Assembly (NCBI GenBank): GCA_031381685.1
Contig: JANMYF010000187.1
Span: 1 to 62,074, forward strand
Source: Acidimicrobiia bacterium
GTDB taxonomy: Bacteria > Actinomycetota > Acidimicrobiia > Acidimicrobiales > JANYDT01
Length of the DNA: 62,074 nt
Reading direction: 5' to 3'
Both the position numbers and the translations under genes were made by a program. The notes beneath the pieces were generated by a model. The model was not told where the DNA came from and ran no database searches. It saw nothing but the letters and a program-made list of their open reading frames with translations. Below are positions 25,486 through 35,677 of this stretch, one piece after another. Every line of letters starts with the position of its first letter. The stretch's first letter is position 1.

Positions 25486-27833
25486 TGTCTCCGTCTTGGA
25501 CACGACCGAACCTTCACGCCCGAAGCGTCGCCATCGGCGGACGGCGTCGTCGCCCCGGACGCGCGTCGCGCCGTCCGGTCGGTCACTCGAAGCGACCGGT
25601 GCCGCCGCAACGTCGGAACACCGGCGGCGTGGTGGCAGTCGACCGCCGTCGCTCGCGACGCCGGCTCGTCGCGCTGAACAGCTTCGGGATCCTGCTCGTC
25701 GTGGCGATGATGGGTCGTTCTGCGCAGCTGCAGGTCTTGCAGCGCGACACCCTTGCCGAACGCGGTGACCGCCAGCGACTCCGTGAGACCGTCATCCGGG
25801 CGGAACGCGGCGACATTCTCGATCGGTTCGGAGCACCGCTGGCCATGAGCGTGCGCGATTGGCGGCTGATCGCGGACCCGCAACTCATCGCGAACCCGTC
25901 GGCGACCGCCGACCTGGTGCTTGCCAAACTCCCGCCCCGTACCGTCGAACGGGCCTGGATGGTCGACAAGCTCAGTGAACCCACCCGCTACGCGATCCTT
26001 GTCAACGGCATCGACGACGATCTCAAGGCGAAGATCGAAGCGGCGAGGATCAAAGGCGTCTACTTCTCCGAGCGCTTCCGGCGTGAGAACCCGGCGTCCG
26101 ATCTCGCTCGATCCATCATCGGACGAGTCGATACGGAACAACGCGGCACGTCGGGTCTCGAGAAGATGCTCGAGAACGAGCTCACCGGCCGCGATGGAGA
26201 ACTCATAAGCGAACGCAGCGAGCGCGGAACACAGATCCCGGGCGGGAAGCGTACGCTCCGCCCGGCCGTTTCCGGTCGGACCTTCGTCACGACGATCGAC
26301 CGGTCGCTGCAATATGCGGTCGACGGGATGACCTCGAAAGGCATTGCGGACTCCGGGGCTCGCGGTGGCGTCGTGATCGTCTCCGACGTGAAGACCGGCG
26401 AGATCCTCGCGCTCTCGAACATGGAGGTCACTTCGGACGGTGGCGTGCGATCGACAGGACGGAACACGGCACTGGTGTCCGTCTACGAGCCCGGTTCCGT
26501 GAACAAGGTGATCACCATGGCGGCGGCGATAGAGGAACGGGCCGTCACCCCGCAGACAGCGCTGATCGTCCCCGACTTCTACAAGGTCGGCGACCATCGT
26601 TTCAAAGACGATGTCGGACACAAGACGATGCGATGGACGATCCGCGACGTGCTCGTGAACTCGTCGAACGTCGGCACCATCAAGGTCGCGCAGACGCTCA
26701 CCAAGACTCGCCTCGACCGCTATCTCAGAGGCTTCGGCCTCGGGTCCAAGACGGCGATCGACTTCCCGGGCGAATCGGCGGGCATCATGCTTCCGCTCAA
26801 CAAGTGGACCTCCACGTCCATCGGCACGGTGCCGATCGGCCAGGGAATCTCGGTGACCGCGGTGCAGATGCTCAGCGTGTACAACACCCTCGCCAACGGC
26901 GGCGTTCGGATGCCGATGCGCCTTCTCCGCTCGAGCGTCGACGATCGCGGCGTCGAGACACCGGTGGCACTCCGTGAGCAACCGGTGACGGTCGTGTCAT
27001 CGGCGACCGCCGCGACGATGACATCGATGCTCGTCGATGTCGTCGACAAGGGAACGGGACGCGCCGCTCACGTGAAGGGGTACAGCGTGGCGGGCAAGAC
27101 CGGAACGGCGCAAAAGCCCAACGAGCGCAGTCGCGGGTATCGGGCGGGAGCGTACGTTGCGAGCTTTGCCGGCTACTTCCCTGCGGAATCACCCCGCCTC
27201 TCCGTGATCGTGGTGCTCGATGAACCGCAGACGTCCATCTACGGCGGAGTTGTCGCCGCGCCACTGTTCGCCGAAGTCGCCCGCTGGGCCGGTCAGCACT
27301 ACCGGATTCCTCCGTCGGCGGGCTCACGTGTCGTGCTCACTCCCGACCCCTCGACGGTTCTCAGTGCGGAGATGCGCGCCGTGGCCCGAACCGGGAACTG
27401 GAGCGCGGCAACGATCCGCAAGAACGCCTTGCCGGCTGCCGCAAGCATCGCCTCCCGTCCGGCGAGTGCAGCCAGCGCGCCGTCGTCGACGGTCCTGCCG
27501 TCGACCCGCCGTGAACCCACCGCCGTCACAATCGCACCAGTCGCCGATCTGGCGTCGCCGAGCACGTCTCCGCCTACGACGGCCGCGCCGGCCGCGGTTC
27601 CCGTCGCGTCGGCTCCAGCCACGACGGCCACCCCGCGGCCGACCGCACCAGACCTGGCGCGCCGCGAGCCCGAGCGTCCACGCGCCACCGTTGCCCCGAC
27701 GTCACCGCCGTCATCTGCCCCGGTCACGGCAGCGGGAGCCCAGACTTCGGGCGAGTCGACGTCGACCCAGACGAACGTCGTCGTGGCGACAGGTGCGGCA
27801 GTCGTCTCGAACGTGGATGCTCCGAACCCGTAA
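25485..27833 (+). CDS. ftsI: penicillin-binding protein FtsI (class B PBP, transpeptidase)
   Basis: ATG 25485 overlaps the ftsL stop (TGATG). R-rich tail, then TM segment LVALNSFGILLVVAMM. Motifs SVNK (SxxK), SSN and KTGT. Long Ala/Pro/Ser/Thr-rich C-terminal tail. The N-terminal 422 aa of track ORF 24219..27833 are not coding in this frame. Confidence 0.92.
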   Translation: MSPSWTRPNLHARSVAIGGRRRRPGRASRRPVGHSKRPVPPQRRNTGGVVAVDRRRSRRRLVALNSFGILLVVAMMGRSAQLQVLQRDTLAERGDRQRLRETVIRAERGDILDRFGAPLAMSVRDWRLIADPQLIANPSATADLVLAKLPPRTVERAWMVDKLSEPTRYAILVNGIDDDLKAKIEAARIKGVYFSERFRRENPASDLARSIIGRVDTEQRGTSGLEKMLENELTGRDGELISERSERGTQIPGGKRTLRPAVSGRTFVTTIDRSLQYAVDGMTSKGIADSGARGGVVIVSDVKTGEILALSNMEVTSDGGVRSTGRNTALVSVYEPGSVNKVITMAAAIEERAVTPQTALIVPDFYKVGDHRFKDDVGHKTMRWTIRDVLVNSSNVGTIKVAQTLTKTRLDRYLRGFGLGSKTAIDFPGESAGIMLPLNKWTSTSIGTVPIGQGISVTAVQMLSVYNTLANGGVRMPMRLLRSSVDDRGVETPVALREQPVTVVSSATAATMTSMLVDVVDKGTGRAAHVKGYSVAGKTGTAQKPNERSRGYRAGAYVASFAGYFPAESPRLSVIVVLDEPQTSIYGGVVAAPLFAEVARWAGQHYRIPPSAGSRVVLTPDPSTVLSAEMRAVARTGNWSAATIRKNALPAAASIASRPASAASAPSSTVLPSTRREPTAVTIAPVADLASPSTSPPTTAAPAAVPVASAPATTATPRPTAPDLARREPERPRATVAPTSPPSSAPVTAAGAQTSGESTSTQTNVVVATGAAVVSNVDAPNP

Positions 27834-27841
27834 GCGCACGT

Positions 27842-29293
27842 ATGTCCGTCTCTCTCGCATTTCTCGCCGCTGAACTCGAGCACCGTCTACCGGGCTCGGC
27901 GGCCGAAGTTGTCCTCCACGGTCCGTCACCGGAGGCGGCAGCGGAGATCGCCGACGTCACACACGACTCACAACAGGTTCCGGGGCTCGCGTCGCCGATG
28001 TTCTGCTGTGTTCCCGGCCTGCGGCGTGACGGACACGACTTCGCCGGCGGTGCAGTTGCCGATGGTGCGGTAGCGCTGCTCGTCGAGCGACCGCTGCGCG
28101 TCACCGTCCCGCAACTCCAGGTGCGCGACGTTCGCGAGGCGATGGGCCACGTCGCCTCGATCGTGCACGGCGATCCTGCGAAATCACTCGACCTGGTCGG
28201 CATCACGGGGACGAACGGGAAGACAACGACAGCGCATCTTCTCGGCGAAGTCCTCCGTGCGGACGGGCGACACGTCGCCGTGCTCGGGACGCTCACGCAG
28301 ATCAGGACGACGCCGGAGTCGACGGACCTGCATCGACGCCTCGCCGAGCTCCGATCGGAGGGCATCACCGATGTGGTGATGGAGGTGACATCACATGCGA
28401 TGGAACTCCATCGGGTCGCAGGTTGCCATTTCAACGTCGCTGCGTTCACCAACCTCTCCCAGGACCACTTGGATTTCCACGGGACCATGGAGGCGTATTT
28501 TCGGGCCAAGGCGAAGCTGTTCGTACCCGAGTACAGCGATCACGCATTCGTCAACCTCGACGATTTGTACGGATCGCTGCTCAACGACTCCGCCATCATT
28601 CCGACTTCAGGCGTTCGACTTACCGATGCCGAGGACGTGGTGCTCCGCCCCACCGGGAGCACGTTCCGATGGCGGGGCGTCGAGATCACCCTCTCTATGG
28701 CCGGCGAGTTCAACGTCCGCAACGCCATCCTGGTGGCGGCAGTGGCGAAGTACCTCGGCGTCAGCGATTCGGCGCTGACCAGGGGCCTTTCGTCGGCCGT
28801 GGTTCCCGGTCGCTACGAGATGATCGACGAAGGTCAGCCGTTCGCCGTGGTTGTCGACTATGCGCACACTCCCGACGGCCTCGGTCGGATACTGCAAGCG
28901 GCCCGTCGCACCGTGCAGGCTCCTGGCGCGGTCATCGTCGTGTTCGGGTGCGGGGGGGACCGGGACCGCGGCAAGCGGCCGATGATGGGACACGTGGCCT
29001 CGGCGAACGCCGATCGGGTGATCGTCACGACGGACAATCCGCGTTCTGAGTCGCCGGCGGCGATCATCGACGAAGTACTCGGTGGTGTCAGCGACCCCAT
29101 CAACGTGGAGGTCATCGAGGACCGACGCGAGGCCATTGCGGCGGCGATCGCCGTTGCCCGGCCGGGCGACGTCGTGGTCATCGCGGGGAAGGGCCACGAG
29201 AGCGGCCAAGAGCGCGATGGTGCGATCACCCCGTTCGACGACCGAGCAGTCGCCAGGGAGGCATTGCGTTCCATCTCCCGGAGAACACCATGA
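27842..29293 (+). CDS. murE: UDP-N-acetylmuramoyl-L-alanyl-D-glutamate--2,6-diaminopimelate ligase MurE
   Basis: ITGTNGKTTTAHLL and TTDNPRSE (the DNPR motif typical of meso-DAP-adding enzymes). Confidence 0.93.
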   Translation: MSVSLAFLAAELEHRLPGSAAEVVLHGPSPEAAAEIADVTHDSQQVPGLASPMFCCVPGLRRDGHDFAGGAVADGAVALLVERPLRVTVPQLQVRDVREAMGHVASIVHGDPAKSLDLVGITGTNGKTTTAHLLGEVLRADGRHVAVLGTLTQIRTTPESTDLHRRLAELRSEGITDVVMEVTSHAMELHRVAGCHFNVAAFTNLSQDHLDFHGTMEAYFRAKAKLFVPEYSDHAFVNLDDLYGSLLNDSAIIPTSGVRLTDAEDVVLRPTGSTFRWRGVEITLSMAGEFNVRNAILVAAVAKYLGVSDSALTRGLSSAVVPGRYEMIDEGQPFAVVVDYAHTPDGLGRILQAARRTVQAPGAVIVVFGCGGDRDRGKRPMMGHVASANADRVIVTTDNPRSESPAAIIDEVLGGVSDPINVEVIEDRREAIAAAIAVARPGDVVVIAGKGHESGQERDGAITPFDDRAVAREALRSISRRTP

Positions 29294-30660
29294 ACGAGTA
29301 CAAGCGGTCCGCGCCGAGGAGCCGTAAGGCGTCGGCCATCGCGGCCATGGTGAACGGGCGGTTGGTCGGTCCCGACACCGACGTGTCCGGTGTGTTCACG
29401 GACAGTCGAATCGCGCAGGCCGGATCGCTGTTCGTGCCCCTGGTCGACCAGCGCGACGGACACGACTTCATCGACGCGGCCCGCACCGCCGGAGCCGTCG
29501 TGTGGTTCACGTCGAAGCCGACGGGCGCGCCGGGAGAGATCGCCGTGACCGATACCGCGGCCGCCCTGACGGATTTCGGACGCGCCGCTCGAGAAGAGCT
29601 GCCGGAACGGGTGATTGCGGTGACGGGCTCTTCCGGAAAGACCTCCACCAAGGACCTTCTTTCGGCGATCTTCCGCCAAGAAGGACCGGTCGCTGCCAGC
29701 GAGAAGTCATTCAACAACGAGATCGGCGTTCCACTTACGCTTGTCAATGCCCCGGCGGACGCGGTAGCTGCCATCATCGAAATGGGCGCACGGGGTCGCG
29801 GACACATTGCCACGCTCTGCGCGATTGCACGGCCTACGGTGGGAATCATCGTGAACATCGGAACCGCGCATCGCGAACTGTTCGGTAGTGCCGAGGGAAC
29901 GGCCGATGCGAAGTCGGAGATCTACGACTCCATTGGCGATACCGGCGCCTCGGTCGTCAACCGCGACGACGCGTTGTATGAACGCATGCGGTCCCGGGCC
30001 CGTGGACGCGTTGTTGCGTTCTCCGTCAACGGACACAGCGACGCACTCGTCATCGCCGACCAGGTTTCGTTGGACGACGAAGTCCGCGCTCGTTTCCTCC
30101 TGCGCACGGCGTGGGGCGAAACCGCTGTGCGACTCAGTACGCGCGGTGTCCACCAGGTCGAGAACGCGCTCGCTGCATCGGCCGCGGCGCTTGTCAGCGG
30201 CGTCTCGCTCGAACACATTGCCGCCGGACTCGAGACCACCGATCTCTCACCGATGCGCATGGACCTGCAGACTGGATCCCGCGGCGTGCGCGTGCTGAAC
30301 GATGCGTACAACGCCAACCCCTCCTCCATGAGCGCTGCGCTTGTCGCTCTATCGCAGATGCCCGCGTCACGACGCTTCGCGGTGCTGGGCACCATGGCCG
30401 AACTCGGGCGGGAGAAGCTCTCCTTCCATCTGGAGATCGGGGCCCTCGCACGCGAGCTCGGCCTCACTCTCGCCATCGCACTGGGCGAGCAGGACTATGG
30501 GCTCGTCAACGTGGCGTCGATCGATGAGGTCTTGGAAACCCTCGGCCCGCTTGGGGAGGGAGACGTGGTCCTCGTGAAGGGGAGTCGTGTGGCCGGTCTC
30601 GAGCGGGTAGCCGAGGCGCTGCTCTCGAGCGGGGGACGCGGCGAAGGGTCCGGCTCGTGA
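29290..30660 (+). CDS. murF: UDP-N-acetylmuramoyl-tripeptide--D-alanyl-D-alanine ligase MurF
   Basis: VTGSSGKTSTKDLL, FNNEIGVPLTL, EMGARGRGHI, NIGTAHRELFGS. Overlaps the murE stop. Confidence 0.93.
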   Translation: MNEYKRSAPRSRKASAIAAMVNGRLVGPDTDVSGVFTDSRIAQAGSLFVPLVDQRDGHDFIDAARTAGAVVWFTSKPTGAPGEIAVTDTAAALTDFGRAAREELPERVIAVTGSSGKTSTKDLLSAIFRQEGPVAASEKSFNNEIGVPLTLVNAPADAVAAIIEMGARGRGHIATLCAIARPTVGIIVNIGTAHRELFGSAEGTADAKSEIYDSIGDTGASVVNRDDALYERMRSRARGRVVAFSVNGHSDALVIADQVSLDDEVRARFLLRTAWGETAVRLSTRGVHQVENALAASAAALVSGVSLEHIAAGLETTDLSPMRMDLQTGSRGVRVLNDAYNANPSSMSAALVALSQMPASRRFAVLGTMAELGREKLSFHLEIGALARELGLTLAIALGEQDYGLVNVASIDEVLETLGPLGEGDVVLVKGSRVAGLERVAEALLSSGGRGEGSGS

Positions 30661-31694
30661 TCGCTCTCCTCGTTGCCGGCATCGTCTCGTTCTTCACGTC
30701 CTTGCTCGGGATGCCGCTGCTCATCCACTGGCTCGCGGCCCATGGGATCGGGCAGCCCATCCGGTCCGACGGACCCCAGACCCATCTGAAGAAGAAGGGC
30801 ACGCCCACGATGGGCGGTATCGCCATCGTCATCGCCGCAGTCTCAGGGTATGTCGTACCCCACCTCGTGACCTCTCTTCCCTTCAGTCGGCGCGGCCTTC
30901 TCGTCGTGTTCGCGTTCGTCGGAGCGGCGGTCGTCGGTCTGGCCGACGATTGGATCAAGATCAGCCGCAAACGCAGCCTCGGCCTGAACAAGCGGGCGAA
31001 GATCACCGGGCAGTTCCTCGTCGCCGGCATCTTCGCGGCCCTGGCGATCACCTGGGCGAAGCTCGACCCGGTGCTCGGGTTCACCCGACCCCAACGGCCC
31101 GGTTGGCTCATCCCGACGGCCTTGTGGGTCGTCGTGATGATGTTCGTCGTGATCGGCTGTTCCAACGCGGTCAACCTGACCGACGGCCTCGACGGCCTCG
31201 CCGCCGGAAGCTCGGTGTACGCGTTCGCCGCGTACACCGTCATGGCGTTCTGGATGTTCCGCAACTTCGCCGACTACCGCATCGAACGAGCCCTGGACGT
31301 TGCCGTGGTCGCGGCGTCCATGGTCGGCGCCTGCGCGGGCTTTCTCTGGTGGAACGCCGCTCCGGCGCGTATCTTCATGGGTGACGTCGGCTCCCTCGCG
31401 ATCGGTTCCGCGTTGGGCGCGATTGGCGTCGTCACGTACACGCCGCTCCTGCTGCCGGTCATCGGTGGACTCTTCGTGATGGAGACCCTTTCGGTGATGT
31501 TCCAGGTCTTCACCTTCCGTTTGATGGGAGGGCGGCGCATCTTCCGGATGGCTCCCATCCATCACCACTTCGAGCTCAAGGGCTGGCCCGAGACCACCGT
31601 GATCATCAGGTTCTGGATCCTGGCCATGATCGCTGCGTCGGTCGGGCTGGGCCTGTTCTACGCCGACTTCCTTCGCCTCGGCGGCCTTGAATGA
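30657..31694 (+). CDS. mraY: phospho-N-acetylmuramoyl-pentapeptide-transferase MraY
   Basis: Polytopic protein with GLADDWIKI, NAVNLTDGLDGLA and MAPIHHHFELKGW. Confidence 0.95.
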   Translation: MIALLVAGIVSFFTSLLGMPLLIHWLAAHGIGQPIRSDGPQTHLKKKGTPTMGGIAIVIAAVSGYVVPHLVTSLPFSRRGLLVVFAFVGAAVVGLADDWIKISRKRSLGLNKRAKITGQFLVAGIFAALAITWAKLDPVLGFTRPQRPGWLIPTALWVVVMMFVVIGCSNAVNLTDGLDGLAAGSSVYAFAAYTVMAFWMFRNFADYRIERALDVAVVAASMVGACAGFLWWNAAPARIFMGDVGSLAIGSALGAIGVVTYTPLLLPVIGGLFVMETLSVMFQVFTFRLMGGRRIFRMAPIHHHFELKGWPETTVIIRFWILAMIAASVGLGLFYADFLRLGGLE

Positions 31695-31749
31695 TGATGC
31701 ACGCGATGTCCTCTGCACTGACCTCCACTGGAACGGAAAGCGGTACCCG

Positions 31750-33105
31750 ATGACCAGAGCCTTCGTCCCTCCCCTGCGACGACGTGCGCCACATCGCCGC
31801 AGTCCGGGCCGCGCCGTCCCGGCGCGCCGTGGTGCCGCTGACGTACCCGCCATGCGATCCACCGTGCAGATCGGGTGGACTCCCGCGGCCCTGGGTCTCG
31901 TCACTGTCGTGGTGCTGCTGATCGCCACCGGTCTCGTCTTCGTCGCCTCCGCCTCGTCGATCCACTCGCTGACCGTCTACAAGGACCCGTGGTTCGTCTT
32001 CCGTCGGCAATTGCAGTGGATCGCCATGGGTCTCCTTGCCGGACTTGTGTCGATCTTCTTCCCGTACGCGCTCTGGCGTCGGCTCGCCAAACCGATGTTC
32101 ATCGTGTCGGTCCTCGCCACGCTGGTCACCCTCACGCCGATCGGCCACAGCCGTGGTGGCTCGCGTCGGTGGGTGGGACCGGAATCGATTGCCGTACAGC
32201 CCACCGAGTTGCTGAAGCTCTCGCTGGTATTCGCCCTCGCTTCGTTCGTCTGCGCTCGTTCGCATCATCTCGTTCACCCCGAGAGCGCGAAGCACTACTT
32301 CCTTCGCCCTTTCCTGGTCATCGCCGGCATCGCCATCGTTCCTGTTCTGCTTCAGCCGGACATGGGAACCGGGATGATCCTGGTGCTCATCTGCTCGACG
32401 ATCGCCGTTGCCTCGGGTCTGGCCGGCAAGACCCTTCTCCGCATCGGCGGGGTCGGACTCGTCCTCGTCTTCCTGTTCGCCAAGGTCTCGCCGTATCGAT
32501 GGGATCGGGTCGTCGCGTTCCTGAAACCGGGTCACGATCTTCAGGGGATCGGATACCACGTCTACCAGTCGAAGCTCGGATTTGCCTCCGGCGGCCTCGT
32601 CGGACGGGGGATCGGCGCGAGCCGGGCGAAATGGGGGTTCCTGCCCAACGCCCACACCGACTTCATCTTCGCCATCATCGGCGAGGAGACGGGTTTGATC
32701 GGGGCGTTTCTCGTGCTCGGTCTCTACGGAGCGTTGATCTTCGTCGGCATGCACGTCGCCCGCCGAGCTCGCGATCGATTCGCCTCGCTCGTCGCCGCGG
32801 CGATCACCACGTGGATCGCTGCGCAGGCGGTCATCAACACCGGAGCTGTCCTCGGCTCGATGCCGGTCACCGGGGTTCCCCTGCCGTTCGTGTCCGTCGG
32901 GGGATCGTCGTTCGTGGTCCTCATGATGGCGACCGGCGTCCTCATCAACATCGCCCGAACGGGACTGTTCGACGCCACCACCGACCGGGTGACCCGTTCG
33001 TCGCTCAGCACCAAGCGACCCGACGATGCCGATGGTCGCACCAACGCAACGAGCACCACGACCTCGTCGCCATCTCGCCGTAGCGCCTCAAGACCTCGAT
33101 CGTGA
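31750..33105 (+). CDS. ftsW: peptidoglycan glycosyltransferase / lipid II flippase-family protein FtsW (SEDS)
   Basis: Track ORF 31687..33105. Candidate starts at ATG 31750 and ATG 31852. SEDS motifs: QPTELLKLSLV and LPNAHTDFIFAIIGEETG. Follows directly after mraY. Confidence 0.9.
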   Translation: MTRAFVPPLRRRAPHRRSPGRAVPARRGAADVPAMRSTVQIGWTPAALGLVTVVVLLIATGLVFVASASSIHSLTVYKDPWFVFRRQLQWIAMGLLAGLVSIFFPYALWRRLAKPMFIVSVLATLVTLTPIGHSRGGSRRWVGPESIAVQPTELLKLSLVFALASFVCARSHHLVHPESAKHYFLRPFLVIAGIAIVPVLLQPDMGTGMILVLICSTIAVASGLAGKTLLRIGGVGLVLVFLFAKVSPYRWDRVVAFLKPGHDLQGIGYHVYQSKLGFASGGLVGRGIGASRAKWGFLPNAHTDFIFAIIGEETGLIGAFLVLGLYGALIFVGMHVARRARDRFASLVAAAITTWIAAQAVINTGAVLGSMPVTGVPLPFVSVGGSSFVVLMMATGVLINIARTGLFDATTDRVTRSSLSTKRPDDADGRTNATSTTTSSPSRRSASRPRS

Positions 33106-34277
33106 GGACTCGCCCTTGGATCGTCGTGGCCGGCGGTGGCACGGCCGGCCACGTGCTCCCGGCTCTCGCCGTGGCCGACACACTCGTCGCCCGCGGAATC
33201 GATGCGTCGGCGATCGCGTTCATCGGATCGCAGCGCGGCGTCGAGAAGCGTCTCGTTCCTACAGCGGGCTACTCCCTCACGCTGCTCTCGGGCCGAGGAC
33301 TGCTTCGCTCGTTCGCCCCGAAGGCGGTGCTCACCAACGTCCGCTCCTCGCTCGGGCTCCTCGTCGCCACGCTTCGCACCATCGCATCATTCATCGGCTC
33401 ACGCCCCGCCGTCGTGCTGAGCGTGGGTGGCTACGCCTCGGTGCCTGCGTGCGTCGCGGCGCAGGTGACCCGGGTGCCCCTTGTCCTTGCTGAATCGAAT
33501 GCGCGGGCCGGGCGAAGCGTGCGGGCGTTCTCGCGCTACGCCAAAGCCGTCGCCGTCGCGTTCCCGACCACCGGCCTTCGCCGGGCCGTGGTGACCGGGA
33601 ACCCGGTTCGCCGCGAAATCCTCGACCTCGCCCGCAAGCCCGCACAGCTCGCCCGAACCGAAGCACGCGCCGAACTGGGTATCGGCGGAGCCACGCTCGT
33701 GGTGACCGTCTTCGGTGGCTCACTCGGAGCGCGCCGGATCAATGAGGCGGTTCTGGCGCTCTGTAACTCGTGGGCTGATCGTCCGCTCCTGATCCGCCAC
33801 ATCGTCGGGCAACGCGATCTCGATTGGGCCCAGGAACGACGGAACACCTGGCTGTCTGAACACCCACTCGCGTCGCTCGACTACCAGCAGGTCGCGTACG
33901 AGGACCAGATGCCTTGGTGGTACGTCGCCTCCGACGTGATCGTCTGCCGGGCCGGTGCAACGTCGGTCGCCGATCTCTCGGTTCTCGGAGTCCCGGCCAT
34001 CCTCGTACCTCTCCCCGGCGCGGCTGACGATCACCAGACTGCGAACGCCCGCGCGGTTGCCGACGATGGCGCGGCCGTGTTGGTCGCCGATCGGGAGCTG
34101 ACCGGTGAACGTCTCGCCCAGGAACTCGACGCCCTCCTGAACGATCCGGACCGCCGAACAGAACTGGCCCGAGCGCAACGCCGGCGGAGTCGACCCGATG
34201 CGGGAGAGGCGATTGCTGACCTCGTCGTGGCCCACGCGACCCGCCGCCCGGCACAAGCCGGCCGCGCTGTTGGGTGA
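33102..34277 (+). CDS. murG: UDP-N-acetylglucosamine--N-acetylmuramyl-(pentapeptide) pyrophosphoryl-undecaprenol GlcNAc transferase MurG
   Basis: VVAGGGTAGHVLPALAVA, and a C-terminal CRAGATSVADL...DDHQTANA region. Confidence 0.93.
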   Translation: MRTRPWIVVAGGGTAGHVLPALAVADTLVARGIDASAIAFIGSQRGVEKRLVPTAGYSLTLLSGRGLLRSFAPKAVLTNVRSSLGLLVATLRTIASFIGSRPAVVLSVGGYASVPACVAAQVTRVPLVLAESNARAGRSVRAFSRYAKAVAVAFPTTGLRRAVVTGNPVRREILDLARKPAQLARTEARAELGIGGATLVVTVFGGSLGARRINEAVLALCNSWADRPLLIRHIVGQRDLDWAQERRNTWLSEHPLASLDYQQVAYEDQMPWWYVASDVIVCRAGATSVADLSVLGVPAILVPLPGAADDHQTANARAVADDGAAVLVADRELTGERLAQELDALLNDPDRRTELARAQRRRSRPDAGEAIADLVVAHATRRPAQAGRAVG

Positions 34278-35677
34278 CTCTGATGTTCTCTCTTCACACC
34301 CCGGCGCGTGTCCACGTGATCGCCGTCGGTGGTGCCGCGATGGGGCCGATCGCCGTGATCCTCCACGCCTGTGGACACACGGTGAGCGGGAGCGACCAAG
34401 CGGAGTCGGCCATGCTCGACACGCTTCGAGACCTGGGTGTGACCGTCAATGTCGGCCACCGGTCCGAGTACGTCACGGGGGTCGACCTCGTCATCCACTC
34501 GGCGGCCGTGAAGCCCGGGAACATCGAGCTCGATGCGGCCACCGAGCAAGGCATCCCTTGCCTCAGCCGGGCTGATGCCATGGAGGTGATCTGCCTCGGC
34601 AAACGGGTCATCGCGGTCAGCGGAGCCCACGGCAAGACGACCACGTCGGCCATGCTCGCCGCCCTCATGGTCGATGCCGGTGAGAACCCGTCATTCCTCG
34701 TCGGCTCGACGGTCGCACGCTTTGGCAGCGGTGTGCGCTGGACCGACGCATCCGACTGGTTCGTACTCGAAGCCGACGAGAGTGACGGTTCCTTCCTGCG
34801 GGCAAACGCCGAGGCGGTGATCGTCACGAACGCCGATCCGGACCATCTCGACTTCTGGGGGACCGAGGAGGCGCTCCTCGAGGGCTATCGACGCTTCATC
34901 GACGGAGCGGCGATCTCGGTCGTCTGCATCGAGAATCCCAACTCCGCCCGACTCGCCGCCTCACGATCCGACAATCGTATGCACACCTATGGATGGTATC
35001 CGAACGGCGACTGGAAGATCGAGAACCTCGAACGCAAGCGGCTCGGTTCGAGGTTCCGCGTGGTCGAACCCGACCACACGTCCACCGCAATCGAGATCCA
35101 CGTGCCGGGTGACCACAATGCGCTCAACGCCACCGCCGCCTTCGTCGTTCTTCGTCGGCTGGGTATCGATGCATCGGTTCTTGCGAGTTCGATGGCAACG
35201 TTTGGTGGTGTCTCCCGTCGGTTCGAGTTCCGCGGCGAAGCCAATGGCGTCACCTTCGTCGATGACTACGCCCATCTCCCGGCGGAGGTGGCCACCAACG
35301 TCGCCAGCGCAAAGTCGGCCAACTGGTCCCGGGTCATCGCCATCTTCCAGCCGCACCGCTACACGCGCGTCCGTGATGTCGGCCGCGAGTTCGGACCGTC
35401 GTTCGCCGGCGCTGACATCGTCATCATCTGCGGGCTCTACGCCGCCGGGCAGAAGCCGATCGACGGCATCTCCGGGCGCACGGTGTTCGATGCCGTGTGC
35501 GACGCACGACCAGACGGCGAGCAGTACTACTGCGAGACCCGGAGCGAACTCGCCGAACTCGTTCCCCGACTCGTGCGCGACGGCGACCTGGTGCTGACCA
35601 TGAACGCCGGCGACCTCACGACGTTCCCCGACGAGATGCTCGCATCGGCGTGGGGGAGAGGGAACCGCAGTGTCTGA
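34274..35677 (+). CDS. murC: UDP-N-acetylmuramate--L-alanine ligase MurC
   Basis: VHVIAVGGAAMGPIA, VSGAHGKTTTSAML, DDYAHLPAEV. Confidence 0.93.
   Translation: MTLMFSLHTPARVHVIAVGGAAMGPIAVILHACGHTVSGSDQAESAMLDTLRDLGVTVNVGHRSEYVTGVDLVIHSAAVKPGNIELDAATEQGIPCLSRADAMEVICLGKRVIAVSGAHGKTTTSAMLAALMVDAGENPSFLVGSTVARFGSGVRWTDASDWFVLEADESDGSFLRANAEAVIVTNADPDHLDFWGTEEALLEGYRRFIDGAAISVVCIENPNSARLAASRSDNRMHTYGWYPNGDWKIENLERKRLGSRFRVVEPDHTSTAIEIHVPGDHNALNATAAFVVLRRLGIDASVLASSMATFGGVSRRFEFRGEANGVTFVDDYAHLPAEVATNVASAKSANWSRVIAIFQPHRYTRVRDVGREFGPSFAGADIVIICGLYAAGQKPIDGISGRTVFDAVCDARPDGEQYYCETRSELAELVPRLVRDGDLVLTMNAGDLTTFPDEMLASAWGRGNRSV

Noticed and set aside
24219-27833. 1204-aa ORF suggesting a giant FtsI fusion
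   Set aside because: The first ~420 aa are Arg/Pro/Gly-rich nonsense that overlaps rsmH and ftsL in other frames. The real ftsI starts at ATG 25485, coupled to the ftsL stop.
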